Shown piece after piece: positions 9,034-18,089 of a stretch of DNA of 64,000 nucleotides. The notes under the pieces are model-generated. The model was given only the letters and a program-made list of their open reading frames with translations. It was not told the DNA's origin and did no database searches. The stretch is from Pseudomonadota bacterium. Lineage in GTDB: Bacteria > Bdellovibrionota_C > UBA2361 > OMII01. A program made the position numbers and the translations under genes. Where the stretch lies: contig JBDLRS010000092.1 in NCBI GenBank assembly GCA_039799965.1, positions 3,108 through 67,107 of the forward strand. The letters run 5' to 3'. Within the stretch, counting starts at the first letter, position 1; each line of letters starts with the position of its first letter.

Positions 9034-10050
9034 ATGCCACTTGCCCTTGCCCAGGCATTCAAGGGAACATCTCTACAAATACCGAACATCGAACTACTCA
9101 TGATACCCCCACTCGACATCACCCACACTCCACCCCAGCTCGCTCCATGCGAGCATATCGCTGGCAGTGAGAGGTTTGCCCTCAAAGCGCTGGGCCTTCA
9201 GGCGCTCCACCTTCAAAGCGATGGACGCTCACTCGTCGACGTCACCCTCGATCTTGAGGATGGCGCACCCATCGGGCAAGAGGATTCACTGCGAGCAGCC
9301 TTCATCTCGATTCTCAACTCAGGTCATAACACCCACAAACAGGTTGGGGTTAGAATTCACGCCTCAACCTCACCACACTTTGAGCGCGATATTGAGGAGG
9401 TCGTGACGCGAGCGGGGTCATCCCTCGCGTACATTACGATCCCTAAAGTTACTTCAACTCGGGAGGTAACGTGGACAGCCGGAGTCGTCGAGCACTTCGC
9501 GAGAAGAGCCGGCATCCAACGGAGAATTCCACTTCACCTTCTCATCGAAACGCCGGAGGCGATTGAAGCGGTTTACCACCTCGCAGCCCATCCAGCCGTT
9601 GAGACCCTCGACTTTGGGCTTATGGATTGTATCTCTCATTTCGGAGGCGCGTTCCCCTCCTCTGGCATGAGAAGTCCCGAGCAGTTCAACCATCCGCTCT
9701 TGGCAAAGATCAAGAGCGATATAGCGCTCGCGGCCCTCAGCCACAACAAGGTAGCCAACCACAACGTAACGGTGGATATTCAAAATCCTGACCAAGCGTT
9801 TCAGGACGCCTTCAAAGCACGTCACGAATTCGGATTCCTCCGAATGTGGAGCATTCACCCCGATCAGATCTCACCCATCATCCGTGGCATGACTCCAACA
9901 GAGGGCGAGGTAAAGGAAGCTCGGGAAATCATCGCCGCGGCTCAAGCGGCGAGCTGGGGGCCGATTAAACACAACGGGCGCCTCCACGACAGGGCGTCGT
10001 ATCGATACTATTGGGAGATCCTCTCTCGATCGAGAGCAACTACTCCGTAA
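9034..10050 (+). CDS. CitE/HpcH-HpaI family lyase
   Basis: CEH.AGSE, LDLEDGA, IPKV, LIET, LDFGLMD, MWSIHP.QI, HDRASYRY. Confidence 0.85.
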   Translation: MPLALAQAFKGTSLQIPNIELLMIPPLDITHTPPQLAPCEHIAGSERFALKALGLQALHLQSDGRSLVDVTLDLEDGAPIGQEDSLRAAFISILNSGHNTHKQVGVRIHASTSPHFERDIEEVVTRAGSSLAYITIPKVTSTREVTWTAGVVEHFARRAGIQRRIPLHLLIETPEAIEAVYHLAAHPAVETLDFGLMDCISHFGGAFPSSGMRSPEQFNHPLLAKIKSDIALAALSHNKVANHNVTVDIQNPDQAFQDAFKARHEFGFLRMWSIHPDQISPIIRGMTPTEGEVKEAREIIAAAQAASWGPIKHNGRLHDRASYRYYWEILSRSRATTP

Positions 10051-11005
10051 GTCCCGATTCATCCTTGAGCGTTAACTGCAGCCGGTCGTTGAAGCCAACC
10101 GTGTCGAGCACCGACTCTATCGAGCTCTTTGGAAGTCCTCGCTCCTTCGCCACCGCGTCAAAACGCTTACGATCGACGAACTCCTGAATCACATCATCCG
10201 CAAATTCGGGAAATACCTCGCGAACCCGCACCGGATTGACCTCCGTGCGCTTTACTTTCTGGATCGAACACTTGCCGTAGGGTCCATCATAGGCTGGCTC
10301 TCCATCAATCAGTTTCAGTCGAATCGTTTCGCGAATCTTCGCTTCACGGGCCTGCAGGAACGCCAGTTCATGCGAGATAGCGGCGCTGATCTCGTAGCGG
10401 TGCCTGAGAACCGCGCCGTACTCCTTGACAAGATCGCCCACGGGAAGATCGAGCTCTCGCGAAGCCTGCTCCTCAAGGCCAGCAAGATAATCGTACAACG
10501 TGATCGCGACCTCCGCGTCGAGTCGAGCGTACGCTATCTGTGCGTCAGTGAGTGGGCGGAGTGACCAATCGCTCGTCTGCTCCTGCTTGCTCATATCAAT
10601 GCCGAGCAAAAGCTTACAACAGGTGCGCAAAGTGTGGTTCGGGAGGTCGGGTCGAAGCTGACGGGCCATAGTAAGGGTATCTTTAATACCCTTCACCTTT
10701 ATATCGTATCGGGCGAACTGCCGCTCCTCAAATGAGGCGTTATGAGCGATGATCAGAGGATGTGGGGCAGCCAGCAACGGGGCGAGCGCCAGGGGCGGAC
10801 CCGCTTTAATCACATCCACGAGTATCACTCGTTGCTGACTCGGCACTCCGATCTGTACGAGACAGAGCTGTTCATTTCCAACCTGCCATCCACTCGTCTC
10901 AGTATCAACGGAGATGATCGGCTCGTTTGCGATACTCGCGGCGACACGCTCTACCTCTTCAGGTGTTGTGGCCCATTCAAAATCAAGGGTTGGTTGCGCG
11001 TACAT
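10040..11005 (-). CDS. DEDDy 3'-5' exonuclease (RNase D / PolA-exo-like) with an atypical C-terminal domain
   Basis: VDTET (ExoI), AHNASFE (ExoII), DT, SDW..RPL...Q..YA..D (ExoIII). Confidence 0.85.
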   Translation of the reverse strand: MYAQPTLDFEWATTPEEVERVAASIANEPIISVDTETSGWQVGNEQLCLVQIGVPSQQRVILVDVIKAGPPLALAPLLAAPHPLIIAHNASFEERQFARYDIKVKGIKDTLTMARQLRPDLPNHTLRTCCKLLLGIDMSKQEQTSDWSLRPLTDAQIAYARLDAEVAITLYDYLAGLEEQASRELDLPVGDLVKEYGAVLRHRYEISAAISHELAFLQAREAKIRETIRLKLIDGEPAYDGPYGKCSIQKVKRTEVNPVRVREVFPEFADDVIQEFVDRKRFDAVAKERGLPKSSIESVLDTVGFNDRLQLTLKDESGLTE

Positions 11006-11260
11006 GGGGTCGGTATGACGGAAGTGGGATAAACTCTTGGATCGAGTATAGAGGTTGTGGCTCGAACAATAAAGCGGATTTCCGGCCCTGGCGAGCTGGG
11101 CAAGTGCTATCTGAAGTGAAGTTTGATAACGCGGAGGTCGCCGCGTTATTGAACCTCATCTGCCCTTCACGCTTTCGCCGCTTCCGCGTTCTTTAACCAA
11201 AACGCCCCGATTTGTGGCGATATCACGTGAAGAGGGTTGAGGAGGTACGAGATACCTAGC

Positions 11261-11983
11261 CTACCCATCCTTGAGTTTAAGGATCTCAGTCCCACCAAAG
11301 TACTCCTCACGAGCTGAGGCTTTGATATTTCGAAGGCTATCGATCATCTCGACCATCCGACGCACATCATTTTTAATGGCAACCACCGCCCCCATAAACT
11401 TGGAGTCGTCCTTTGGAAGCTTCTCAATCAAGAAGCAGTTCAGCATGATAGCGGAGAGTGGCTGCCCCAACTGATGCGCCGCCGTTCCGGCGAGCTGGCC
11501 AACAGCGACTTGACGTTCGGTGGCAACCAATCGTTCCTGCATCCTTTTGAGCTCCTCGGTTTTGGCGACGAGCTTTACGTTCAGATCTCGAACCCGCAGT
11601 AACGCCTTAACGCGCGCCCGTAGCTCCTGATAATTAAAGGGCTTTGTCAGATAGTCATCGACCCCCTCCTCAAGAGCGGAGATCTTATCCTGTATACTGT
11701 CACGCGCCGTGAGCATGAGAATCGGAACCAACTCACCACCTGGGATGGTCTTCAGCCGGTGGCACATCTCGATCCCATTAACCGCTGGCATAGTGTAGTC
11801 GATAATAGCGAGGTCAGGGAGCTGACGTTCACACTCCTCGAGGGCCTCCCCGCCTCCGTGCACGACGATGGGGCAATGTCCCAGAATAGAGATGACGCTC
11901 GCAACAACGATTCGTGAGTCCGCATCGTCATCGGCTATCAGGATGCGGCGCTCAGCCGACACTTCGGGGGTCTTTATCTCCAT
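11261..11983 (-). CDS. Response regulator: REC plus HisKA-like helix, no ATPase domain
   Basis: IADDD, DLAIIDYTMP, LTA and YLTKPF, then LAGTAAHQLGQPL H-box; the ORF ends before any HATPase_c. Confidence 0.85.
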   Translation of the reverse strand: MEIKTPEVSAERRILIADDDADSRIVVASVISILGHCPIVVHGGGEALEECERQLPDLAIIDYTMPAVNGIEMCHRLKTIPGGELVPILMLTARDSIQDKISALEEGVDDYLTKPFNYQELRARVKALLRVRDLNVKLVAKTEELKRMQERLVATERQVAVGQLAGTAAHQLGQPLSAIMLNCFLIEKLPKDDSKFMGAVVAIKNDVRRMVEMIDSLRNIKASAREEYFGGTEILKLKDG

Positions 11984-12016
11984 GCAAGCTAAGATTGCCT
12001 GGAGGCCGAATAAGTA

Positions 12017-12325
12017 TCACTTGCTGAAGCAAATTCCGCGAAGAATCTCCTCTTTTAAAGCAGGGTCCGTCTCCAGGATGAGACTAAGGAATTGATGCAT
12101 TTGGGCTTTTTCGACACCCTGGTCCCCCAACTTGTCTGTGATGCTTGAGAGGAGGAAGTTCAAAGCCTCCGTTTCCGAACTTCCAGCCGGCGCGGAGGGA
12201 ACGGATGCGATTGCGGCCTCCCCCTGTGGCCCGAGGCGCCGCCTGGCATCAGCGGACACCTGGCGCCGGGTATGGAGGCGAGATGAAGTTACACTCGTCT
12301 TTCGTATCGTACCCTTCTTTGTCAT
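12017..12325 (-). CDS. Hypothetical protein at the end of the T3SS-like operon
   Basis: 102 aa, co-oriented and closely spaced with its neighbours. Confidence 0.55.
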   Translation of the reverse strand: MTKKGTIRKTSVTSSRLHTRRQVSADARRRLGPQGEAAIASVPSAPAGSSETEALNFLLSSITDKLGDQGVEKAQMHQFLSLILETDPALKEEILRGICFSK

Positions 12326-12338
12326 ACCAACAGCCCTC

Positions 12339-12905
12339 TTACTTACCCCGGAGTATCTGGAGATTATCTCGACTAACCCCTTGATTCGATAGAACTATCG
12401 CCTTTTCGAGCGAGGCGATAGTTTCTATTGTACGCCTCCCCCTATCGTACTCAAGCGCCGCAAGGTTATTACGAACCCGCCCAGAGGAGGGGTGGTTCTT
12501 GAGGTAGCGCAGATATATCGCCTTTGCCTCGGCAGGGTCTCCCTGCAGCTCCTTCACAAGTCCCAAGTTAACCAACGCCTCGTCATACGATCGATCCATC
12601 TCGTACGCCTCAATAAAATACCCTTCCGCTACCTCGTACAACCCCTCAAGGAGGGCAACGCAGCCGAGACCATCAACAGCAGCGGCCACCGGAGCCACCT
12701 CGAACGCCAGTTCATACGCCCTTTTGGCTTCACTAAACCTCCGCTCACGCAAAAACCTCGTTCCAACGTCCACCAGAGCCTCGGCCTTACGGGCGTCCAT
12801 CTCGGGAACAGCCCTGGAAGCGGAACACCCCACCATGTGCGCGAGACAGAGGAGTATCGAGAGTCGATACCCAAAAGTTGCGTGGCTAGGCGACTTTTTT
12901 TTCAT
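12339..12905 (-). CDS. TPR lipoprotein (PilF/pilotin-like)
   Basis: RBS GAGGAG before ATG 12905; lipobox MVGC; TPR patterns (A...LG, EALVNLG, RNNLA). Confidence 0.75.
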   Translation of the reverse strand: MKKKSPSHATFGYRLSILLCLAHMVGCSASRAVPEMDARKAEALVDVGTRFLRERRFSEAKRAYELAFEVAPVAAAVDGLGCVALLEGLYEVAEGYFIEAYEMDRSYDEALVNLGLVKELQGDPAEAKAIYLRYLKNHPSSGRVRNNLAALEYDRGRRTIETIASLEKAIVLSNQGVSRDNLQILRGK

Positions 12906-14784
12906 AGATCTCCTCAGTCGCCTGATTGAGGAGCGCAATCCGGTGCACATCCTCGTTCAGCTCGATGGTTCCAACATGAATCACCTCAAATCGAGGGGCT
13001 ATCTCCTCATGCGCGAGGACCGGGATCCCCTCCCCTCGTATCCGCACGAGGTCACGCAGGTAGGCTCGTGACCGCTTAGAGGTCAGAAGCACCGCTCCAG
13101 GCTTAACGACCTCCACAACACGACACCAGATAGCGTCCACCAGCTCTCCCCCGATGAGAGAACCACTCTCCTCAGCCTTTGTCAGTACAAGGTCAAGAAG
13201 GGGCTCAACCGTAATTCCCTCTATCATGTGATCTCGAGCGACCGTCGCGCACACAACCGGCCCAAGCGCGGAGCGTACCTCCGCCAACAAAGCGCGCTCA
13301 TTCATCCGCCCGCCGTTCTCAGCAACCACCTGCAAGATCACGTCGAAGTGACGAATCGTAATGTGCTCCCGCAGCAACGCTCGCAGTATCGTGGTGAGGT
13401 AGGTTAACGACACCACCGAGGGTACAACCCCAACAACGAGGTCTGGTACCTTCTTCTCAACATAATCGAGCGCGCGCCGGGTCATTCCATCGTCCACAAA
13501 GGTATCTTTATACTGATCGATAACAGATCGAGCGTCTGCGGAGAGGTGTTCCCATGCTCCCGCAACACACCCTCGGGTATCGCTCATCACCTCCATCCCG
13601 CGGAGAAGGATCCGATATGCGCCCGTTGGAGAGTCCCACAACGAGATCCCAGCCGGCGAGAGAACGAGCCCCCATCGCGAAAATGCGTGCGACCTAAGCG
13701 CCTCCAACTCCTCCGCGACACATGGTAACGGAGGCATCTTACTGAGCCACTCTCTGTTGACCTCAAGCTGTAGCGCAGGAGAGAGCGTCGCCTCGAACTC
13801 TCGCGCAACATCCCCTCCCTCGTTGCGCTCGATCCGAGATCGTCGCGTCACTAAACTAAGGCACAACACCACCGCCACACCGAGGAGTGGGATATGGGGC
13901 ATCCCCGGAACGCACCCAAGCGCGAACGCGGCGAAGGCGACGAAGGCGCGAGCCGCGCGAAATTCCCCAAGCTGCGAGAGCAGATCCCCCGAAAGAGATG
14001 ATGAGTCGCGCACTTGAACGCGAGTCACCACGAGCCCAGCAGCAACCGAGTTCAGCAATGAGGGAATCTGAGAGAGGAGCCCATCTCCTATAGTCAGCAA
14101 GGTGTAGCGATGTACCGCGACAGCGAGCTCCAGCTCATGGATGAACACCCCCACAAGAAGCCCCCCGACGATATTCACAAAGGTCATCACGAGACCCGCT
14201 ACCACATCCCCTTTGACAAACTTCATCGCTCCATCGAGCGCGCCATAAAAGCGCGATTCACTTTGCACCTCCGCTCGCTTCCTTCGAGCGCTCTCCGGGT
14301 CAAGGAGACCACCGCGAATCTCAGCGTCGATCGCCATCTGTTTTCCGGGCAAAGCGTCTAGGGTAAACCTTGCAGAGACCTCAGCAACCCGCTCCGCCCC
14401 CTTCGCGACTACGATAAACTGAATGAGGGTGATGAGAAGGAAAAGCACGAAGCCAACCACGAAGCTCCCCTGAATCACCACGGATCCAAAGGCCTCAACC
14501 GCCTCACCAGCGTGCCCCGTACTCAGCACCGCGCGCGTCGTGGCGAGATTGAGGGAGAGACGCACAAGGGTGGCTATCAACAATAGCGAGGGCAAGGTAG
14601 CAAGTTTAAGCGGTTCCCGAATGTGCAGGGCGCCTATCACCAAGAGGAGGGCGAAGAGGAGATTTCCGCACAGCAAGATATCGAGCATGAGAGGTGGAAG
14701 GGGAACGAGCATACACCCGACAACAAGCAATAGCCCAAGCGGAACGACCATCTCCTGAGGTGAGAATGTAGCCTTCCGTGTCAT
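12886..14784 (-). CDS. sctV: Type III export gate protein SctV/FlhA (FHIPEP family)
   Basis: RLSLNLATTR, KGAERVAEVSARFTLDALPGKQMAIDA, FYGALDGAMKFVKGD, LTIGDGLLSQIP; ATG 14784 follows a G-rich RBS. Confidence 0.92.
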   Translation of the reverse strand: MTRKATFSPQEMVVPLGLLLVVGCMLVPLPPLMLDILLCGNLLFALLLVIGALHIREPLKLATLPSLLLIATLVRLSLNLATTRAVLSTGHAGEAVEAFGSVVIQGSFVVGFVLFLLITLIQFIVVAKGAERVAEVSARFTLDALPGKQMAIDAEIRGGLLDPESARRKRAEVQSESRFYGALDGAMKFVKGDVVAGLVMTFVNIVGGLLVGVFIHELELAVAVHRYTLLTIGDGLLSQIPSLLNSVAAGLVVTRVQVRDSSSLSGDLLSQLGEFRAARAFVAFAAFALGCVPGMPHIPLLGVAVVLCLSLVTRRSRIERNEGGDVAREFEATLSPALQLEVNREWLSKMPPLPCVAEELEALRSHAFSRWGLVLSPAGISLWDSPTGAYRILLRGMEVMSDTRGCVAGAWEHLSADARSVIDQYKDTFVDDGMTRRALDYVEKKVPDLVVGVVPSVVSLTYLTTILRALLREHITIRHFDVILQVVAENGGRMNERALLAEVRSALGPVVCATVARDHMIEGITVEPLLDLVLTKAEESGSLIGGELVDAIWCRVVEVVKPGAVLLTSKRSRAYLRDLVRIRGEGIPVLAHEEIAPRFEVIHVGTIELNEDVHRIALLNQATEEIYEKKVA

Positions 14785-14806
14785 CTCGTCCCCCCTCCGT
14801 GCACGG

Positions 14807-15130
14807 TTATCCAACACGCATATTTCGAATTGGCGCCATTTCGGTCTCATGCTGCGAACGCGCCACGTTCGACGCCATCGAAACCGTTTGCATAATCTGC
14901 TGAATCTGGATCTGCTGATTGAGCAGATTGGTAATGCTCGCTCCGTCCATGATCGCTCCCCCGATCCCAGTGAGGGCGGACGCCGTCGACGCCACCGCGG
15001 TCCCAGCCGTTGTTACCCACGAGCCAAGCGAGCTCCGGGGCTCAGGCGCGGAACGCGTCAACGGCGAATCCCCCACCGATACACCGAATGACCCATCTGA
15101 AGCAGAGCGAATGGCGTGAAGATTTGACAT
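14807..15130 (-). CDS. Small helical protein, candidate T3SS needle/inner-rod (SctF/SctI-like) subunit
   Basis: Low-complexity N-terminus; C-terminal LLNQQIQIQQIMQTVSMASNVARSQHETEMAPIRNM resembles needle/rod C-terminal helices; located between sctQ-like and sctV. Confidence 0.5.
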   Translation of the reverse strand: MSNLHAIRSASDGSFGVSVGDSPLTRSAPEPRSSLGSWVTTAGTAVASTASALTGIGGAIMDGASITNLLNQQIQIQQIMQTVSMASNVARSQHETEMAPIRNMRVG

Positions 15131-15238
15131 AGATGTCTCCCATAAAAAGTTGTTCACCCGTGTATCGTCACTCCGAGCGATACGTTGCGTGAAAAGGCCT
15201 TACCAGCCAACCTTGTCAAGCACGGTTGGTGAGTCGCC

Positions 15239-16063
15239 CTACACCACAGCTTCGACCGTCAACGTGAACTTTCCATCAGACATCGTGAAGCGTCCCTGGG
15301 CGAGCGTTGTAGAACCGATTCGCAGCGCACACCGCTCAGGGATGGAGCTCCCGAGATCCAACACACTCCCCGGCCTGAGAGACACGAGATCTGACAATCG
15401 CATCTCTATCTCACCCAAATCTAATCGCACCCCTGGAATCCTCTGCTCCAAGAGATCACCTCTCTCAACTATTTCCATCGTCATATGTCCTCCTCTCACG
15501 CACCCACGTCCAACTATGCCGACCTCCGGCAACTCCAACACCACATCCTCCACCGGAATTCGTTCCCCCTCTGTTCCCTTACCAATCGTGGATAAGAAAC
15601 CAAAAAGTCTGATTCGCGTGATAGGATCTCGAGGCTCCTCTAAGGCGCGTGTCGGTGGATCGAGAACCGGCAGAGAGGAACCGCACCACACAGCGCTTAC
15701 GACACCCATTACTTTGCACACCCGCCACGATTCCGGTGGAGTGGCGCGCAGAGAGAGCGTAAAGGGAAACGCTCGAGTCCCTCCGAATCCCCTAACAACC
15801 GCGCTCGCCTGCTTCACGAGATCGAGGGAGCGTTGCAGGGGCGAGCGCGAGGAGGTCCCATCCTCGTATCGCACACCAAATCCCCGCTCCCCCTCTCCAA
15901 CAAAGATAAGCCATCCATACTCAGGGGGATTGGCTTCGAGAGAGATCTCTTTGACGAACCCACTTGATGTGAGCAGTCGCGAGAGGTATCGCGCGAGAGG
16001 TAGAAGCGACCGCTCACCCTGCAAAGACTCTCGGTTATGGATATGAAATTGGGGCTCACTCAT
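15239..16063 (-). CDS. SctQ/FliM-FliN-like protein with a C-terminal SpoA domain
   Basis: LDLGEIEMRLSDLVSLRPGSVLDL...LRIG...LAQG SpoA signature. Confidence 0.8.
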   Translation of the reverse strand: MSEPQFHIHNRESLQGERSLLPLARYLSRLLTSSGFVKEISLEANPPEYGWLIFVGEGERGFGVRYEDGTSSRSPLQRSLDLVKQASAVVRGFGGTRAFPFTLSLRATPPESWRVCKVMGVVSAVWCGSSLPVLDPPTRALEEPRDPITRIRLFGFLSTIGKGTEGERIPVEDVVLELPEVGIVGRGCVRGGHMTMEIVERGDLLEQRIPGVRLDLGEIEMRLSDLVSLRPGSVLDLGSSIPERCALRIGSTTLAQGRFTMSDGKFTLTVEAVV

Positions 16064-16257
16064 GAGGCATCCTCGCGAGGCTCAGCTGACAACACCTCAA
16101 GACAACGATAGTACCCATCGGTGGCCGAATCCGACCCGATGGTAAGAAGGAATCTCTCCACCTGAGCAAGATGCCCAGGAGAGAGCCCGAGGGTCGATGG
16201 CTCAATGCTCTCCACGAAACAAGCCATAGCTATCCGATCTAGGTCGTGCTCTCGCAT
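16060..16257 (-). CDS. Small hypothetical protein between sctJ and sctQ-like
   Basis: 65 aa; ATG 4 bp after the sctJ stop; ATGA overlap with the next gene. Confidence 0.45.
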   Translation of the reverse strand: MREHDLDRIAMACFVESIEPSTLGLSPGHLAQVERFLLTIGSDSATDGYYRCLEVLSAEPREDAS

Positions 16258-16261
16258 ATCT

Positions 16262-17113
16262 TCACCCCTCAAAATCCAATTCTTTCGGAAGCGCAAACGT
16301 CACCTTCCGCTTCGTTCGACGCCGGGCATACCGAAGCGCGGCAGCCCCACATCCTCCGACGACAACACCTCCCCCGACCACCCACCAGACGAAGGGCCAC
16401 AAAGGCAGATCGCTCTGCACATACCAGGCATCCGAGGGGATAGATCGTTCCAGACGAAGGCTCTCTACCTCGCTCGCAGCGACGACCTCACTCTTGAGCA
16501 CCCGAACGACATCACGAGAGAGGCCCGCGGCGCCGGCCACAAGAGCCGCGACCGCGTCATCACCAGCAACAAATCCCCGGTCGACGACTAAGAGCACGGA
16601 TCCGGATCCTCGTTGTTGTTCGACGTCCCCAAACAACGGATCCTCATCCGGCAGATTGACGTGCACCCTCGCGTCAAGCACGCCTGGAAGTGCGGATAAA
16701 CTCTCCTCGATCGAAACCGCTACGGAACGCTCATATCGAAACCACTGCTCCTCGCGACTCGGAATGACGCCACCTTTACTCGCAGCCGACTTCGTGTCAC
16801 GGACCGGAAGAACCCTTCGTGTCTCAAGATAGGAGAGCGCCGGAACAATCTGATCACGATCTACCGAGATAGCCCAACGACCGTCCGGTTGCCGCACCTT
16901 TTGGGCGGCGAGTCGCACGATGTGTAGATTGCTTACAACGCTATTTGCCTCTCGTTCAGAGAGATCGTGAATGATCTGTTCCTGGCAAGCGGCGCTCGCG
17001 AGCACTATCGTGAGAAGGAGCGCGAACGTTCGGGCACTGGATCGAAACTTAGGACTTCGCTTTACTGTCCCCTTCAACCAATTTTTCGCGTAACATATCC
17101 AACGCTCGATCAT
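16262..17113 (-). CDS. sctJ: SctJ/YscJ/PrgK-family inner-membrane ring lipoprotein
   Basis: Lipobox ASAAC, LSEREAN, GVIPS.EE, L..LPGVLDARVHVNLP, SGSVLL, C-terminal TM plus basic tail; much shorter than FliF. Confidence 0.85.
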   Translation of the reverse strand: MIERWICYAKNWLKGTVKRSPKFRSSARTFALLLTIVLASAACQEQIIHDLSEREANSVVSNLHIVRLAAQKVRQPDGRWAISVDRDQIVPALSYLETRRVLPVRDTKSAASKGGVIPSREEQWFRYERSVAVSIEESLSALPGVLDARVHVNLPDEDPLFGDVEQQRGSGSVLLVVDRGFVAGDDAVAALVAGAAGLSRDVVRVLKSEVVAASEVESLRLERSIPSDAWYVQSDLPLWPFVWWVVGGGVVVGGCGAAALRYARRRTKRKVTFALPKELDFEG

Positions 17114-17810
17114 GCAACCTCGACACCCAAGATTTCGAAAGTCCCGCGTACTGCTGAGCGACCTCGCTCAGCGTGAGGTCGTGGAAGTAGTACTGCTCGA
17201 TGATGGTTCGTTCCTTTTCAGGCAAAGTTGCTATCGCCACACGTAATTTTTCCGCGGTTTGCTTCTTTTGGAGATCGCGCTCTGGATCCGAAAAAGCCGT
17301 TCCTCCAAAAAAAGGAGTCTCAGATGAGTGGCTCACCAACGCTAACGCGACCGCGCTCTTGCTAAGAAGGTTGATCCCCTCAGTCGCGCGAGGGTCAGAC
17401 GAGCCAACTCCCGCGCGTCGCTCCTCCAGGGATTGCGCCCTTAACTCCTGTGCGCTCTCCAGGGCTTTAAGAACTTGATACGCATATCCCGAGATCTCGC
17501 AGGACGCGCGTATGTGATCGATAACGGCTCCGCGGATTCGCAAAAAAGCAAAAGCGCGAAAATCACTTCCTCTCCCGGCATCAAATCGCCCAGCGGCTTC
17601 CACCAATCCGAGAAGACCCGCGGAGATGAAATCATCGCGGTGTCGGTGAGGAAGGCCCATCGCCCTCATGATTCGAGAGACCAATCCCTCAACGAATTCG
17701 TAGTATTCCTCAATGAGCACGTCACGCTCTGAATTATGATTGAGAACCGCTCCCATGATCTCTCCACAAGCCCCTCGACAGAGAGGGGACTCGACCTGCT
17801 CGTCATACAT
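17049..17810 (-). CDS. FliA/WhiG-family RNA polymerase sigma factor
   Basis: DDFISAG..GL.EAA.RFD..RG..F..FA..RIRGA.ID..R (region 2); LPEKER.II..YY...LTL.EV...LSKSWVSRLH (region 4). Confidence 0.88.
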   Translation of the reverse strand: MYDEQVESPLCRGACGEIMGAVLNHNSERDVLIEEYYEFVEGLVSRIMRAMGLPHRHRDDFISAGLLGLVEAAGRFDAGRGSDFRAFAFLRIRGAVIDHIRASCEISGYAYQVLKALESAQELRAQSLEERRAGVGSSDPRATEGINLLSKSAVALALVSHSSETPFFGGTAFSDPERDLQKKQTAEKLRVAIATLPEKERTIIEQYYFHDLTLSEVAQQYAGLSKSWVSRLHDRALDMLREKLVEGDSKAKS

Positions 17811-17830
17811 GCCTGACTCTCCTTATGTAT

Positions 17831-17856
17831 TTCCGATCGGAAGCTTTCCGATCGGA
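17831..17856. promoter_or_regulatory. Tandem palindromes upstream of the sigma/T3SS operon
   Basis: TTCCGATCGGAA at 17831 and TTCCGATCGGA at 17846, 15-bp period, about 20 bp upstream of the start codon. Confidence 0.5.
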
Positions 17857-18089
17857 GATTTTCTGCCCGACGTCTCATCGTTTACAGAAGGGAAAAGTTG
17901 CGTGCCCCGAGCGACTTTTTGAACAAAAAATCGATCAAAAAGCTCGGCGCAGAGTGCCACAACTGGCGGAGGAGCAAAGGAAAAACGGCGTGGCAAGCCC
18001 AGCCGAACAGATTCGCATAGGATCGGGCACTTTACTTCGCGCCCCCCTTCTCGTAGGCTTCTTTTGATAACCCCTTGAAGATTCTTGTT

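Noticed and set aside
15150-16046. 298-aa plus-strand ORF
   Set aside because: Antisense to the SpoA-domain gene, with S/P/R-rich shadow composition.
12886-17810. Flagellar operon (flhA, fliN, fliF, fliA)
   Set aside because: The ring protein is a short lipoprotein like SctJ, and there are no fliG, rod, hook, flhF or flhG neighbours.
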